This document shows, piece after piece, positions 18,163 through 28,390 of a stretch of DNA of 64,000 bases; position 1 is the first letter of the stretch, and each line of letters begins with the position of its first letter. Location of the stretch: the NCBI GenBank assembly GCA_027491235.1, contig JAIXWO010000022.1, forward strand, positions 654,102-718,101, in the 5' to 3' direction. Both the position numbers and the translations under genes were made by a program. Origin of the DNA: Sphingomonadales bacterium. Its GTDB lineage: Bacteria; Pseudomonadota; Alphaproteobacteria; Sphingomonadales; Sphingomonadaceae. The notes below the pieces were generated by a model that ran no database searches, was not told the DNA's origin, and saw only the letters and a program-made list of their open reading frames with translations.

Positions 18163-18559
18163 GGAGTGGCACATCCGCAGGCGGCATCGCAAGCTGTGTC
18201 AACTCGTCAAAGCAACACCATTTCAATTCCGATGCGGCCAATGGCTGCGGCACGCCAGACCATTTACGGCACATATATAGCAGCAAGAGAAGTTGACGGC
18301 CTGCCAGTGGTTCAAACGCAAAAGTGAGCGGAACCAAATCACTTTTCTTCACGTCGATGGAAAGTTCTTCCTGCAACTCCCGCACGAGTGCAGCATCGGC
18401 ATATTCGCCCTCTTCCACCTTTCCTCCGGGAAATTCCCATAAGCCCGCCAATGGCTTACCCTCAGGTCGCAACTGCACCAACACGCGATCCTCAGCATCT
18501 ACCAAGGCCACCGCCGTGATTAGTAACAAGGGGTTAGCGGTTGGGTAACGGTCCATCAT
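18137..18559 (-). CDS. mutT: 8-oxo-dGTP diphosphatase (Nudix)
   Basis: Nudix box GGKVEEGEYADAALVRELQEEL; GLWEFPG. Confidence 0.88.
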   Translation of the reverse strand: MMDRYPTANPLLLITAVALVDAEDRVLVQLRPEGKPLAGLWEFPGGKVEEGEYADAALVRELQEELSIDVKKSDLVPLTFAFEPLAGRQLLLLLYMCRKWSGVPQPLAASELKWCCFDELTQLAMPPADVPLLNQLRYVL

Positions 18560-18625
18560 AGACGTTTCCTTAACCCCAAATCGGCTAAACCGGCGATGGG
18601 GAACACTTGAGACTGGAACACAAAC

Positions 18626-18802
18626 ATGTGGAGCAAATTTGCAAGCCGGTTGTGGCGGAGTGAGCGGGGAGCGACAGCAATCGAATATGGCCTGATTGCT
18701 GCGCTTATCGTTGTCGCAATTATGACGTCGATCGGATCAATTGGCGAAACGGTTAGCGCCATGTGGAACGATGTCGCCGATAACTACATGTCGGTGGCTT
18801 AA
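18626..18802 (+). CDS. Flp/Fap family type IVb (Tad) pilin
   Basis: Hand translation, 58 aa, below the ORF-track cutoff: MWSKFASRLWRSERGATAIEYGLIAALIVVAIMTSIGSIGETVSAMWNDVADNYMSVA; prepilin motif G|ATAIEY. Confidence 0.92.
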   Translation: MWSKFASRLWRSERGATAIEYGLIAALIVVAIMTSIGSIGETVSAMWNDVADNYMSVA

Positions 18803-18848
18803 AGAGGCCCCCCTCTTCCCTTGAAACGGTCAGGGTCCTCTTTTCACG

Positions 18849-20327
18849 TTAGGAGCCCTGCACCACAATTTTGACCTTCTGACCGGGCTTCAGCGCTTCT
18901 TCAGCGCCAAGCCCGTTCAGAACGCGGAAGCGTTCCAGCTTGTAATCCGGATAGGCCATGCGTTCCGCGAGTGAGCGGACACTATCGGACGACTTTACCG
19001 TCACCACATCAATCCGCCGTGGCTTGATAGCGGCAACTTCTGAGGGGCTAAGCCGCCTTACGCTTTGAAAGAGTGTGCTGAACGGCGCCGCGCCGACCGG
19101 ATTGATCGCAACGATATGAAATGCCGTCGTCGGCCCGAAGACATAGGCATAGACAGTCACATCGACTGGACCTGATTGGGTGTTGGCCCGTGTCGTAGCA
19201 TAAGCCACATCGAGGCCGTTGACCGTTGTCCGGTTGACAGATCCATAGTCCAGCTGGCCCTGACTGCCACCAACAGCCTTGAGCACGTTCGCAACATAAG
19301 TGTTGAGATTGCCATCAAATGGCCCGCCGGAAAACTGTGCCTTCCCCCCTGTTCCTGTGATGGAAACGGCCTGCGTCCCATTGACCATCACAAAGCCCGA
19401 AGGGGCATTAAAGCCCAACTTCAGGTCAGGATGACGGAAACTGCTCCCTTCGATGACGCCTTGTTTCGGATCGTCATCATAAATCATGCCGTCCAACATC
19501 TGGAGAAATCCGTCGCGGTTGTTCACCTTGGATGTCGTTGGAATTGCGAGAGCTTTCTGGCGCGCGCGCGTGACGCGGCTGGCAGGATCAGGATGGGTGC
19601 TGGCCCATTCCGGCAATGCGTTGTCAGACTTACCCGCCCGCCGGGAATCCAGAGACGTTTGTGCAGCGAGGGAGGCCAACATCGTAGAGGATGCCACAGG
19701 ATCATACCCACTCTTTGCAAGATAGGTCACTCCAAGGTCATCCGCCTCATATTCCTGCGCACGAGAGTAGCTAAGCACATATCGTTGCGCGATCGCGCCT
19801 CCAAGTTGCTGACCAAGCTTCGCGCCGTCACCACCCAGAAGGACGCCGCCCAAGACGGTCGCTAAGGCCGCCCCAAGGCCTGCACGCGTGGCCCGATTGC
19901 TGCGTTTTTGGGAATGGCGGGCCGCCACATGGCCGACTTCATGGCCGAGAACTGAGGCAAGCTCTGCCTCGTTGTTCATCAACGCCATCAACTGACGCGT
20001 GACGTAGACATACCCTCCGGGGATCGCGAATGCGTTGTTGACGGGTGAGTTGAGTAAGGTGATCGTGAATTCGGTCGGCTGGTTTGCCAATCCCGATTGA
20101 GCCGCAACTTTACGCCCAACCGTTGTAACATAGGCCGCCTGAGGCCCTTCATAGAGTCCCCCAAATTCGGCCAGCAATTCAGGGTGTGCCTTGGCGCCGG
20201 TCGCCTTGTCTTTCGCCGACATGGACTGAGGAACGGCAACAGCAGCAGGCTTCGTGACGCTTTGCGCCGACAGTCCCTGCGCCATCAGAACAGCAAAGGC
20301 GGACCCCGCCAACACCCACTTCTTCAT
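18849..20327 (-). CDS. M48 family zinc metalloprotease (BepA-like) with C-terminal LysM-like domain
   Basis: Signal peptide; NAFAIPGG, HEVGH, EYEAD, STHPD; C-terminal LNGL...KPGQKVKIV. Confidence 0.9.
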   Translation of the reverse strand: MKKWVLAGSAFAVLMAQGLSAQSVTKPAAVAVPQSMSAKDKATGAKAHPELLAEFGGLYEGPQAAYVTTVGRKVAAQSGLANQPTEFTITLLNSPVNNAFAIPGGYVYVTRQLMALMNNEAELASVLGHEVGHVAARHSQKRSNRATRAGLGAALATVLGGVLLGGDGAKLGQQLGGAIAQRYVLSYSRAQEYEADDLGVTYLAKSGYDPVASSTMLASLAAQTSLDSRRAGKSDNALPEWASTHPDPASRVTRARQKALAIPTTSKVNNRDGFLQMLDGMIYDDDPKQGVIEGSSFRHPDLKLGFNAPSGFVMVNGTQAVSITGTGGKAQFSGGPFDGNLNTYVANVLKAVGGSQGQLDYGSVNRTTVNGLDVAYATTRANTQSGPVDVTVYAYVFGPTTAFHIVAINPVGAAPFSTLFQSVRRLSPSEVAAIKPRRIDVVTVKSSDSVRSLAERMAYPDYKLERFRVLNGLGAEEALKPGQKVKIVVQGS

Positions 20328-20373
20328 TTACGCCCTCCCATCGTCCAGCATTGGGACGAGGGAGAAAGTGGGA

Positions 20374-21315
20374 TTACAGACCGCCCATCGCAAGAAATTT
20401 CTGTCGGCGTTCCTGCTTTACCTGATCACGGGTCAAACGAGACAATGAATCCAATGACTTGCCGATCGCGGCGCCCAACGCATCGATGGCTGTCGACGGG
20501 GAGCGGTGTGCCCCACCCACCGGTTCAGCAACAATTTCATCGATGACGCCAAGACGTTTCAAGTCTTGCGCCGTGATTCGCATGGCTTCAGCGGCATCTG
20601 CCGCCTTCTCGGCTGTCCGCCATAGAATAGAGGCGCAGCCTTCAGGCGAGATGACGGAATAAACGGCATGTTCAAACATCAAAACGCGGTTTGCAGCGGC
20701 CAATGCAACAGCGCCGCCCGAGCCACCTTCTCCAACGACGGCCGCAATGTTCGGCACGCCCAGTTCCAGACATTTTTCAGTCGAACGGGCAATTGCCTCC
20801 GCCTGCCCGCGCTCCTCCGCCTGAACGCCCGGGAAAGCCCCAGATGTGTCGACGAGTGTAACGACAGGGACGTTGAACCGATCCGCCAGCTCCATCAGGC
20901 GAATGGCTTTGCGATATCCCTCAGGCTTGCCCATCCCAAAATTGTGGCGGATGCGCGTCGCGGTATCGTCGCCCTTTTCATGGCCAATGACCATGACACG
21001 ACGTCCGCCCAGACGGCCAAGACCGCCAAGAATGGCCTGATCATCCCCAAATGCACGATCACCCGCCAAAGGCATATAATCGTCGATCAACTGGGCGACA
21101 TAGTTTTTGAAGTGGGGCCGGTCCGGATGCCGCGCCACCTGCGTCTTTTGCCAAGGCGACAGCTTCGCGTACGTGTCATGCAAAAGGCGGTCCGCCTTTG
21201 CCTCTAGCTTCGCAATTTCAGGCTCAATGTCCGTGGCGTCAGAGCTTTCCCGCAATTCCGCAATGCGTGCGAGAAGTTCAGCAACCGGTTTTTCAAATTC
21301 TAGCAAGGCAACCAT
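20374..21315 (-). CDS. accA: acetyl-CoA carboxylase carboxyltransferase alpha subunit
   Basis: [45 protein letters not shown]. Confidence 0.97.
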   Translation of the reverse strand: MVALLEFEKPVAELLARIAELRESSDATDIEPEIAKLEAKADRLLHDTYAKLSPWQKTQVARHPDRPHFKNYVAQLIDDYMPLAGDRAFGDDQAILGGLGRLGGRRVMVIGHEKGDDTATRIRHNFGMGKPEGYRKAIRLMELADRFNVPVVTLVDTSGAFPGVQAEERGQAEAIARSTEKCLELGVPNIAAVVGEGGSGGAVALAAANRVLMFEHAVYSVISPEGCASILWRTAEKAADAAEAMRITAQDLKRLGVIDEIVAEPVGGAHRSPSTAIDALGAAIGKSLDSLSRLTRDQVKQERRQKFLAMGGL

Positions 21316-21326
21316 GAGTGCAGCGG

Positions 21327-22232
21327 TTACGAGCCACGACGCCGGACGTCAACGAGAGGATGGCGTGCATTGACCAGTTCCACCAGCCGCTTGCTGTCCA
21401 CATGGGTATAGATCTCGGTCGTTGATATGTCGGCATGACCGAGGAGCATTTGAAGCGCGCGGAGATCTGCCCCGCCTTCCAACAAATGCGTCGCAAAGGC
21501 ATGACGCAGCACGTGAGGGCTAATTCTGTCCGGAGAAAGTCCTGCTTGTGCCGCCAGTTCCTTGATCATTTGAAAAAGGCGAACGCGGCTCAAATGCGAT
21601 TTGCCCGATGGGAAGAGCCATTGCGAACCGGCAGGACGGACGACCAACCAATCAGCCACCGCTTGCCTTGCGCGGTCTGACACAGGCACCAGACGCTCTT
21701 TATCGCCCTTCCCCTTCAGTATGGCGAAAGGCCGGTCCGGAACGATGGCTCGAACAGTAAGCGAAACCGCCTCCGTCGCCCGCAATCCAGACCCGTAAAG
21801 AATTTCGAGAAGCGCGTGGAGGCGAATGTCGGCTGCCTTTGGATGCTCCAATGACTTACGACGTTCAACCTCGACGAACAGCGCCTGAATGTCAGCATGG
21901 CTCAGCGTCTTTGGCAAATGTCTGCCCCGGCTGGGCTTTGGCAGGGCGTGAGACGGATCATCCTCGCGATGCCCTTCATCCACCAAGAAGCCATAGAAAC
22001 GCCGAAGAGCAGATGACTTACGGGCAACTGACGAAGCGGCCAGATCAGACCAATGATCCGCCAATCGGTTGATCGCGGCGTCATCCGCCGTTGCAAGCCC
22101 TCCGCTGAGCTGCGTTGAGGCGGCCCGCAGATCGGATTCATAGGCCATCAGGCTGTTGCGCGCGGCGCCCGCCTCAGCCGACATCATCTCCAGGAATCGT
22201 GCAATCAACCCATGGTCCGACGACATGGACAT
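21327..22232 (-). CDS. xerD: site-specific tyrosine recombinase XerD
   Basis: [51 protein letters not shown]; upstream of accA as is usual in alphaproteobacteria. Confidence 0.88.
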   Translation of the reverse strand: MSMSSDHGLIARFLEMMSAEAGAARNSLMAYESDLRAASTQLSGGLATADDAAINRLADHWSDLAASSVARKSSALRRFYGFLVDEGHREDDPSHALPKPSRGRHLPKTLSHADIQALFVEVERRKSLEHPKAADIRLHALLEILYGSGLRATEAVSLTVRAIVPDRPFAILKGKGDKERLVPVSDRARQAVADWLVVRPAGSQWLFPSGKSHLSRVRLFQMIKELAAQAGLSPDRISPHVLRHAFATHLLEGGADLRALQMLLGHADISTTEIYTHVDSKRLVELVNARHPLVDVRRRGS

Positions 22233-22234
22233 TC

Positions 22235-24088
22235 TCAGACGCGAGAGACGGCCTCAACCGCAATCATGCGCGCTTCCGCGTCGAGACCGACCCGGCGCAA
22301 GGCAGAGACAACGTGATAAAGATGGGCCGGAGGAATGTCCTCCCAGTGCGTCGATTGCAGACCAACCGCGCACAGAATGGCAACTGCCCCAACGGATTTG
22401 CGTTGAACGGCCTGCTCCAATGCGTCGGACCATGCCGATCTGCGCCCAATCGGAACCTCAAACTGCTCGGCCATCGACGTCATCGACGAGCCCGGGATTC
22501 GCCCAAGTCCGGCCAGTCCTGCAAAGAGGAACCGGGACCGTAGAGGACCATTTTCCTCACCGGCGCTGCCAAAATTCTCAATGTCGCCCTCAGTCAGGGT
22601 TCCGACGCTGCGGGGCGCACCAACCGCGAGATAGCCCCAGGCCAGTGGAATATCACTTGTCTGAACCACCGGTATCCAAGCGGCCGCCTGCTTGTCGAGA
22701 CCCGCAGAAAACATCGACGAGATCAGCAGGGGCGCTTCATCAGCAAAGGAATCGGTCGGGCGGATCTGTGATGCCAGCCGAGCCGTGGTGATCTGCCGGG
22801 CATAGTCCTGCCATTCGCCCATCGTCTCCATGGACCAATACTGCGTCATCATCTGGACACGGTCTGCTTCGCTTTCGGCAATGAACGCCTGCCGCAAAAC
22901 ATCAAAGGGTTTCCCGCCCCGTTCAGCCGGGTCAGTCTCATCGAAGGCGGCGCCGAAAAAATCTACCAGCGCGCGGCTGGAAAGAATCCCGGCAGCCCCT
23001 GCACGCTCTGCATCATTCAAACGCGTGGTGAAGCTCAGCAAAGGCGCCTGCGCGCGCCAGAGACGCGTCCGCGGATTTTGGCTCTGCATTAATCGTTCGG
23101 GGATATCGAGGCCGGTGGCCGTCGCCATTCCGAAACGCCAAGGGTCGATCGACTCGATCTCATCCCAATTTACAGTCACCGCACGCCGCGTATTTGAAGC
23201 GGCGCCAACAACTTTCTCAGCGAAGATCACATCGGGGTTGTTGTCCCCCTTGCGGCTCCGCGCACGATCAAGCTGAGCAGACGAAAGCGACGACTCCCCC
23301 GAAAATGCGGAGCAAATGGCCCGCGCCAAAGTCCAGCTGGTATCCTTGTTCGAAATGTCCACGCCCTCTGTCATCGGACAAAGAGCTGCTGGATCAGCAG
23401 AGGCGAGCGCGGCCTGCATCCCTGCGGAGTATAGAGCCGGTGTATACTGATCCACATCCACGGCTTGAACCAGGGCACGGGCGCTGTTTGCTTCCCCCAT
23501 GCGCACCAAAAGTCCAGCGCGCGCGGCCGCCCAATCTGCGCCATTCACACCAGAGGGCGTCTGTGCCTTGCTGAGCAATGCCCGCCTGAGAACAATAGAG
23601 GCCCAGCGCGACGCAATAGGTGCTTCAATTTTGTGGAGGACGGACTGGAGGTAGCGTCCATTTATCCCTGCAAAGGCCCCAACACCCATATCCCCATCGG
23701 TCGCCCCCAAAAGCCCAACAACATCGGTGGACCGACGAACTTGTGCCGGAATATCGACAAGCAAAACGGGGGTGTCTGTCGCTTCCTCGTCTTTGCTCTC
23801 CTCCGGCAAGGCTAACGCGGTTGTAGATGCCGGGTTTGCTGTCGTCGCTGATGACGGTGTATTTGCCGAAGAAGGCGTGACGACAGAACGCGCATCCGCA
23901 TCCGAACGTGGGCGCGGTGCTTCCTGTTCCTGCCTGCGGGGCGCCGGCGCCTCGGGTGCGTCGCCAAAGCCGGGGGGAAGGATCGATTCGGGTCGGTCCT
24001 GGCTCAATGCCGGGATCGCAGCGAGGACGATGCCGGCTGCGGCAACCAAAGCCAATCGAGAGACACGTGTGTCAGGACGCATGAACAT
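22235..24088 (-). CDS. conserved exported hypothetical protein (617 aa, largely helical)
   Basis: Signal-peptide-like N-terminus, PESILPPGF, Pro/Thr/Ala linker, ends EARMIAVEAVSRV; 2-nt gap to xerD. Confidence 0.8.
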   Translation of the reverse strand: MFMRPDTRVSRLALVAAAGIVLAAIPALSQDRPESILPPGFGDAPEAPAPRRQEQEAPRPRSDADARSVVTPSSANTPSSATTANPASTTALALPEESKDEEATDTPVLLVDIPAQVRRSTDVVGLLGATDGDMGVGAFAGINGRYLQSVLHKIEAPIASRWASIVLRRALLSKAQTPSGVNGADWAAARAGLLVRMGEANSARALVQAVDVDQYTPALYSAGMQAALASADPAALCPMTEGVDISNKDTSWTLARAICSAFSGESSLSSAQLDRARSRKGDNNPDVIFAEKVVGAASNTRRAVTVNWDEIESIDPWRFGMATATGLDIPERLMQSQNPRTRLWRAQAPLLSFTTRLNDAERAGAAGILSSRALVDFFGAAFDETDPAERGGKPFDVLRQAFIAESEADRVQMMTQYWSMETMGEWQDYARQITTARLASQIRPTDSFADEAPLLISSMFSAGLDKQAAAWIPVVQTSDIPLAWGYLAVGAPRSVGTLTEGDIENFGSAGEENGPLRSRFLFAGLAGLGRIPGSSMTSMAEQFEVPIGRRSAWSDALEQAVQRKSVGAVAILCAVGLQSTHWEDIPPAHLYHVVSALRRVGLDAEARMIAVEAVSRV

Positions 24089-24278
24089 TCACCCGCATTT
24101 CCATATCCTTGGCGGACGTTGCCAAAACAAGGCTCGCAAAAATCATCAGATATCCGATGCGTGCCGGAAGCGACACATCGAACTTTACTGTTCTGCCCAT
24201 AAACGTCCAACCGCTCTCTTCAAGACGGTTTCTTCGCCGTTTTGCCCGACAGGCCTTGCCTGTGTATAGACCCCGCCG

Positions 24279-24815
24279 ATGAATCCGTTCACCGCATCCT
24301 CGCCAGACAAAAAGTCAAAGCCGATTGCCCTTGTCGGGATGATGGGCGTGGGGAAGACGAGTATTGGCCGTAGGCTGGCACAACGACTGCACATTCCGTT
24401 CGTTGATGCAGATCAGGAAATCGTTGATGCAGCAGGTCTATCCATCCCAGAGATCTTCGAGCGGTTCGGAGAAGCACATTTCCGGGATGGAGAACGGCGT
24501 GTCATTGCACGGCTCTTTGATGGAAAGCGAAAGATCATCGCCACAGGCGGCGGCGCGTTTGTTAACGAAGAAACCCGCCAACTCATGCTGGAGCGCGCCA
24601 TCGTGATCTGGCTCGATGCCGATATCGACACCCTGGTGGAACGCACCGCGAGAAAGGGCGACCGTCCGTTGCTCGCAAATGGCGATGCCCGAGAAATACT
24701 TACCAAACTCGCGCAGGAGCGGAACCCGCTCTACGCGCAGGCGCACGTCCATGTGAAAAGCCAATCCACACCCCATGAGGCGACGTTGGACGCCATTATG
24801 AAGGCGCTATCATGA
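24279..24815 (+). CDS. aroK: shikimate kinase
   Basis: GMMGVGKTSIG P-loop, IFERFGEAHFR, ATGGG, RPLL. Confidence 0.96.
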   Translation: MNPFTASSPDKKSKPIALVGMMGVGKTSIGRRLAQRLHIPFVDADQEIVDAAGLSIPEIFERFGEAHFRDGERRVIARLFDGKRKIIATGGGAFVNEETRQLMLERAIVIWLDADIDTLVERTARKGDRPLLANGDAREILTKLAQERNPLYAQAHVHVKSQSTPHEATLDAIMKALS

Positions 24816-25909
24816 AAGCCACCGTCAACGTCGGGCTTGGTGTCCGCAGCTATGACATCCTCATCGGCAACGGTCTGCTCGACCGGGCGGATCATTGCAT
24901 CGCACCGGTGCTGGCGGGACGTCCGCCGATCATCATCACCGACGAGACTGTGGCAAAAACCCAGCTCCCGCGTCTCCAATCGGCGTTTGGCAACGAGGCA
25001 AGGACAATCATTCTCCCCGCCGGGGAAGGCACGAAAAGCTGGCTGCAGCTGGAACGACTGATTGACGCGTTGCTGGACCTAGGTGTCGAACGCAAAGATA
25101 AAATCATAGCATTGGGCGGCGGCGTCATTGGCGACCTTGTCGGCTTCGCGGCCTCCATCCTGAAGCGTGGCTGCGGCTTCATACAGGTCCCGACGACGCT
25201 GTTGGCGCAAGTCGACTCATCGGTTGGCGGCAAGACCGCCATCAATGTCCGGGCTGGCAAAAACCTGGTCGGCAGTTTCCACCAGCCGGCGCTTGTCGTC
25301 ATCGACCCGACTGTCCTTGAGACCTTGCCGGATCGACAGATGCGCGCAGGTTATGCCGAGGTTGTGAAATACGGCTTGATCAACGACGCGGACTTCTTCG
25401 CCTGGTGTGAAACGCACGCGGCCAAGATCCTCGCGCGGGAACCGCACGCACTTGTGAAGGCCATTGAGCATTCCGTGCGCGCCAAGGCTAAGATCGTCGC
25501 GGCAGATGAGCGCGAAACGGAAGACCACCGCGCCCTGCTCAATCTTGGCCATACATTCGGCCATGCGCTTGAGGCGGAGACCGGCTTTTCCGATGTTCTG
25601 CTTCATGGCGAAGGTGTGGCGGCAGGTATGGCCCTCGCCCATGCCTATTCCGCCCGTATCGGCCACCTGACGGCAGAAGATGCCCAACGCGTCACCAACC
25701 ATCTCGCCAGCGTTGGCCTGCCCGTGTCCGCACAGGATGCCCATGTGCAGGCCAGCGGACAACGACTTGTCGAGCATATGTTGCATGACAAGAAGATGTC
25801 CGGTGGGAAGCTACCCTATATTCTCAGCAAAGGCATCGGCCGCGCTTATGTTGATCACAACGTTATGATCGACGATGTGGCGGCGTTTCTGGATGGTATC
25901 GCGCGCTAG
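24812..25909 (+). CDS. aroB: 3-dehydroquinate synthase
   Basis: GGGVIGDL, PTTLLAQVDSSVGGKT, LNLGHTFGHALE, HGEGV. Confidence 0.97.
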   Translation: MKATVNVGLGVRSYDILIGNGLLDRADHCIAPVLAGRPPIIITDETVAKTQLPRLQSAFGNEARTIILPAGEGTKSWLQLERLIDALLDLGVERKDKIIALGGGVIGDLVGFAASILKRGCGFIQVPTTLLAQVDSSVGGKTAINVRAGKNLVGSFHQPALVVIDPTVLETLPDRQMRAGYAEVVKYGLINDADFFAWCETHAAKILAREPHALVKAIEHSVRAKAKIVAADERETEDHRALLNLGHTFGHALEAETGFSDVLLHGEGVAAGMALAHAYSARIGHLTAEDAQRVTNHLASVGLPVSAQDAHVQASGQRLVEHMLHDKKMSGGKLPYILSKGIGRAYVDHNVMIDDVAAFLDGIAR

Positions 25910-26229
25910 CGCCGGGCGAATTGCCAGGCGAGCCAAAGCCAGCCTGCAATCATCAACAAACCGCCAATCGGCGTGATCGCACCCAGCCAGCGCGGGGCGC
26001 CTATCGCCATCAGATATAGCGTGGCAGCAAAAACCACTGAGCCAGCCAGCAGCATGGCAGACGGACCGGACGCCTGCTTGGCAAGCAGGACCACGGCCAC
26101 GGCGTGGATCAACTGATAGAAGCCCCCAGTCCTCAGCCATTCTGCCGCCTGACCTGAGGCCCCATGGGCCCCAAAGGCACCGGCTCCAATCGCAATGGCA
26201 GCTGACACAGCGCCAATAACTTCAAGCAT
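25906..26229 (-). CDS. DUF423 family small membrane protein
   Basis: GAFGAHG, YQLIHA, GAITPIGG. Confidence 0.88.
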   Translation of the reverse strand: MLEVIGAVSAAIAIGAGAFGAHGASGQAAEWLRTGGFYQLIHAVAVVLLAKQASGPSAMLLAGSVVFAATLYLMAIGAPRWLGAITPIGGLLMIAGWLWLAWQFARR

Positions 26230-27965
26230 CAGCCTTTACTCCGAAAATAGATTTCCTTGAGCGCGTGAAGATCACCTGAGGCAATTTGGGCCTCGAGCCG
26301 CGCGCGATCACGGCTCCGATAGTCCTTCTCCGCCTCAATGATCTCATCATCGCTGAAACCGATGTGGGACAAGGCTTCCCCACCCATGCGAATGGCGGAC
26401 TCCTGAACTTCGCGGATAACACCTGCCAGATCGAATTCGCTCAGCGATATGACCTGCCTGCGATCATAGGCCCGAACCATGACGGCCGCTTGCGGGAAGG
26501 CCTCCAGCACAGGACCGATCTGTGCCGGACCAATTTCAGCGTCATCCGTGCAGAATAGGATAAGCTGGGTGTCCTCTGCTCCTGCCTTGCGCAAAATGTC
26601 GATGCGCCGCCCATCGCCATAATAGACCTTGGAACCGTAGGTGCCGCTCCGTTCAATCTGCGCTGGCTTCACATCAATGAGCGTGACGGACAGGCCGCGG
26701 CCCATGAGGATTTGGGCCACAGTCTGCCCAAACCGGCCAAACCCAACGATGATCGCCTTGGCCTGCGAGGCGTGTTCCGGCCCCTCATGCAAATCACCCG
26801 GTGCATCCTGCGAGAATTCAAAGCGACGGGCGATCATCAGCAGGAAGGGTGTCGTTGCCATCGACAACGTCACGATGGCGCTGAACAAGCTGGCGGCTTC
26901 CGGCTCGATCAGCATCGCGCCTTGTGCCTGTGCAAAGAGGACAAAGCCGAATTCCCCGCCCTGACTTAGCAGCAGGCCGAGCCCCAAAGCCTGTCGACCG
27001 CCGACACCAAAGGCACGGGCAATGGCCCAGATGATACCTGTCTTAATGCCAATCAACAGGGCTGCCATGCCGAATACAAAACCGGGATTTTGGAGAATGG
27101 CGGGAATATCGAGCACCATGCCGACGGCAAGAAAGAAAAGTCCGAGCAAGATCGAGCGAAACGGCTCCACATCGCTTTCAATCTCATGGCGATAGGGAGA
27201 GTCGGCGAGCATCACGCCGGCTACAAAAGCCCCCAAAGCCGTCGACAGATGCAGCGCCTCCATGAGAGCGGCCGCTCCAAGGACGGTGAACAGACCGACG
27301 ACGACGAAGAGTTCGCGTTCTCCCATCCGTCCGGCGACGCGCAAGATGGGGGCAATCAAGAACCGACCGGCAGCGACCAATCCACCGATCGCCAGCACGG
27401 TGTAGAGCGCGAGTACAAAGCCCGGTGGCGTTGCAGGATCAGCAGGCGCCCGAGACAGCGCAGCGATGATGGTAATGAGGGGAACAATGGCCAGATCCTG
27501 AAACAACAGGATGGAAAAGGCACGTTCCCCAAAGGGCGTGTTGATCCGTCCCGAAGATTTGAGGCTCGGAAGCACCTGCGCTGTGGATGACAGCGCCAAC
27601 GGCAGGCCCAATGCGAAGGCCGCCCCCCAGGTGAAGCCTGCAACGAGGGCCACCGCCGCGGATAAAACCAGACCACAAATCAGCACCTGAACCAGGCCGA
27701 GCCCGAATATGTCGCGCTTAAGGTGCCAGAGCCGCGCCGGATTAAGCTCAAGCCCGACAAGGAAAAGGAGCAGAGCAATGCCAATTTCCGCAATGGCAAG
27801 CTTGGATTCTCCACCGCCTGCAAGGCCGAGGCCATGAGGCCCAATGATTGCTCCTGCGACAAGATAGCCAAGAACCGCGCCTAGGCCGAACCGGCGAAAC
27901 AGCATAACCATGAGAAGCCCCGCACCAAGCAGGACCACCGCCTCACTCAGAAGCGACTCATGCAT
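26229..27965 (-). CDS. KefB/KefC-like CPA2 K+/H+ antiporter with KTN domain
   Basis: LGAVLGYLVAG, LFQDLAIVP, LSQGGEFGFV, GFGRFGQ, YYGDG. Confidence 0.92.
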   Translation of the reverse strand: MHESLLSEAVVLLGAGLLMVMLFRRFGLGAVLGYLVAGAIIGPHGLGLAGGGESKLAIAEIGIALLLFLVGLELNPARLWHLKRDIFGLGLVQVLICGLVLSAAVALVAGFTWGAAFALGLPLALSSTAQVLPSLKSSGRINTPFGERAFSILLFQDLAIVPLITIIAALSRAPADPATPPGFVLALYTVLAIGGLVAAGRFLIAPILRVAGRMGERELFVVVGLFTVLGAAALMEALHLSTALGAFVAGVMLADSPYRHEIESDVEPFRSILLGLFFLAVGMVLDIPAILQNPGFVFGMAALLIGIKTGIIWAIARAFGVGGRQALGLGLLLSQGGEFGFVLFAQAQGAMLIEPEAASLFSAIVTLSMATTPFLLMIARRFEFSQDAPGDLHEGPEHASQAKAIIVGFGRFGQTVAQILMGRGLSVTLIDVKPAQIERSGTYGSKVYYGDGRRIDILRKAGAEDTQLILFCTDDAEIGPAQIGPVLEAFPQAAVMVRAYDRRQVISLSEFDLAGVIREVQESAIRMGGEALSHIGFSDDEIIEAEKDYRSRDRARLEAQIASGDLHALKEIYFRSKG

Positions 27966-28389
27966 CGGCTAAGGCGTTGGTTGCGGCTTCTGCGACAGCT
28001 TCAAACGGAAGCTTTATCGCCGCATGACGCGCGACATGCCCCAGAGCGGGTTCAAAGACGTCTAGGCCCGGCCAACCTTCCGGCCGCGCCCCCTCACCTG
28101 CCAACCAAGCGGTGAGCGCGTCGCGCGCGGCATTAAGGTCCGTCGCTGAACGGCCAACCGCGCCTTGCCCCATGATCGCAGCAGAGGCCTGACCCAGCGC
28201 ACAGGCACTCACAATTTGTCCGATTTCCAGAATGTGGCCCTCTGCGTCCATGATAACGTCGACAGTTATGCGACTACCACAGATCGGCGACCGCCGCTCA
28301 GACGTCCCTTGCGGCTCTGCCAAGCGCCCAAGATGCGGGATCGACGTCGCCAATCGCAATATATCTTTGGAATAGAGCGCGCTTGCCAC
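27958..28389 (-). CDS. IscU/NifU_N-like Fe-S scaffold-fold protein
   Basis: LYSKDIL, SPICGSRITVD, ACALGQASA. Confidence 0.8.
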   Translation of the reverse strand: MASALYSKDILRLATSIPHLGRLAEPQGTSERRSPICGSRITVDVIMDAEGHILEIGQIVSACALGQASAAIMGQGAVGRSATDLNAARDALTAWLAGEGARPEGWPGLDVFEPALGHVARHAAIKLPFEAVAEAATNALADA

Positions 28390-28390
28390 C

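Noticed and set aside
21327-22232. Tyrosine recombinase as a phage or ICE integrase
   Set aside because: Motifs and the position between aroK and accA fit chromosomal XerD; no mobile cargo.
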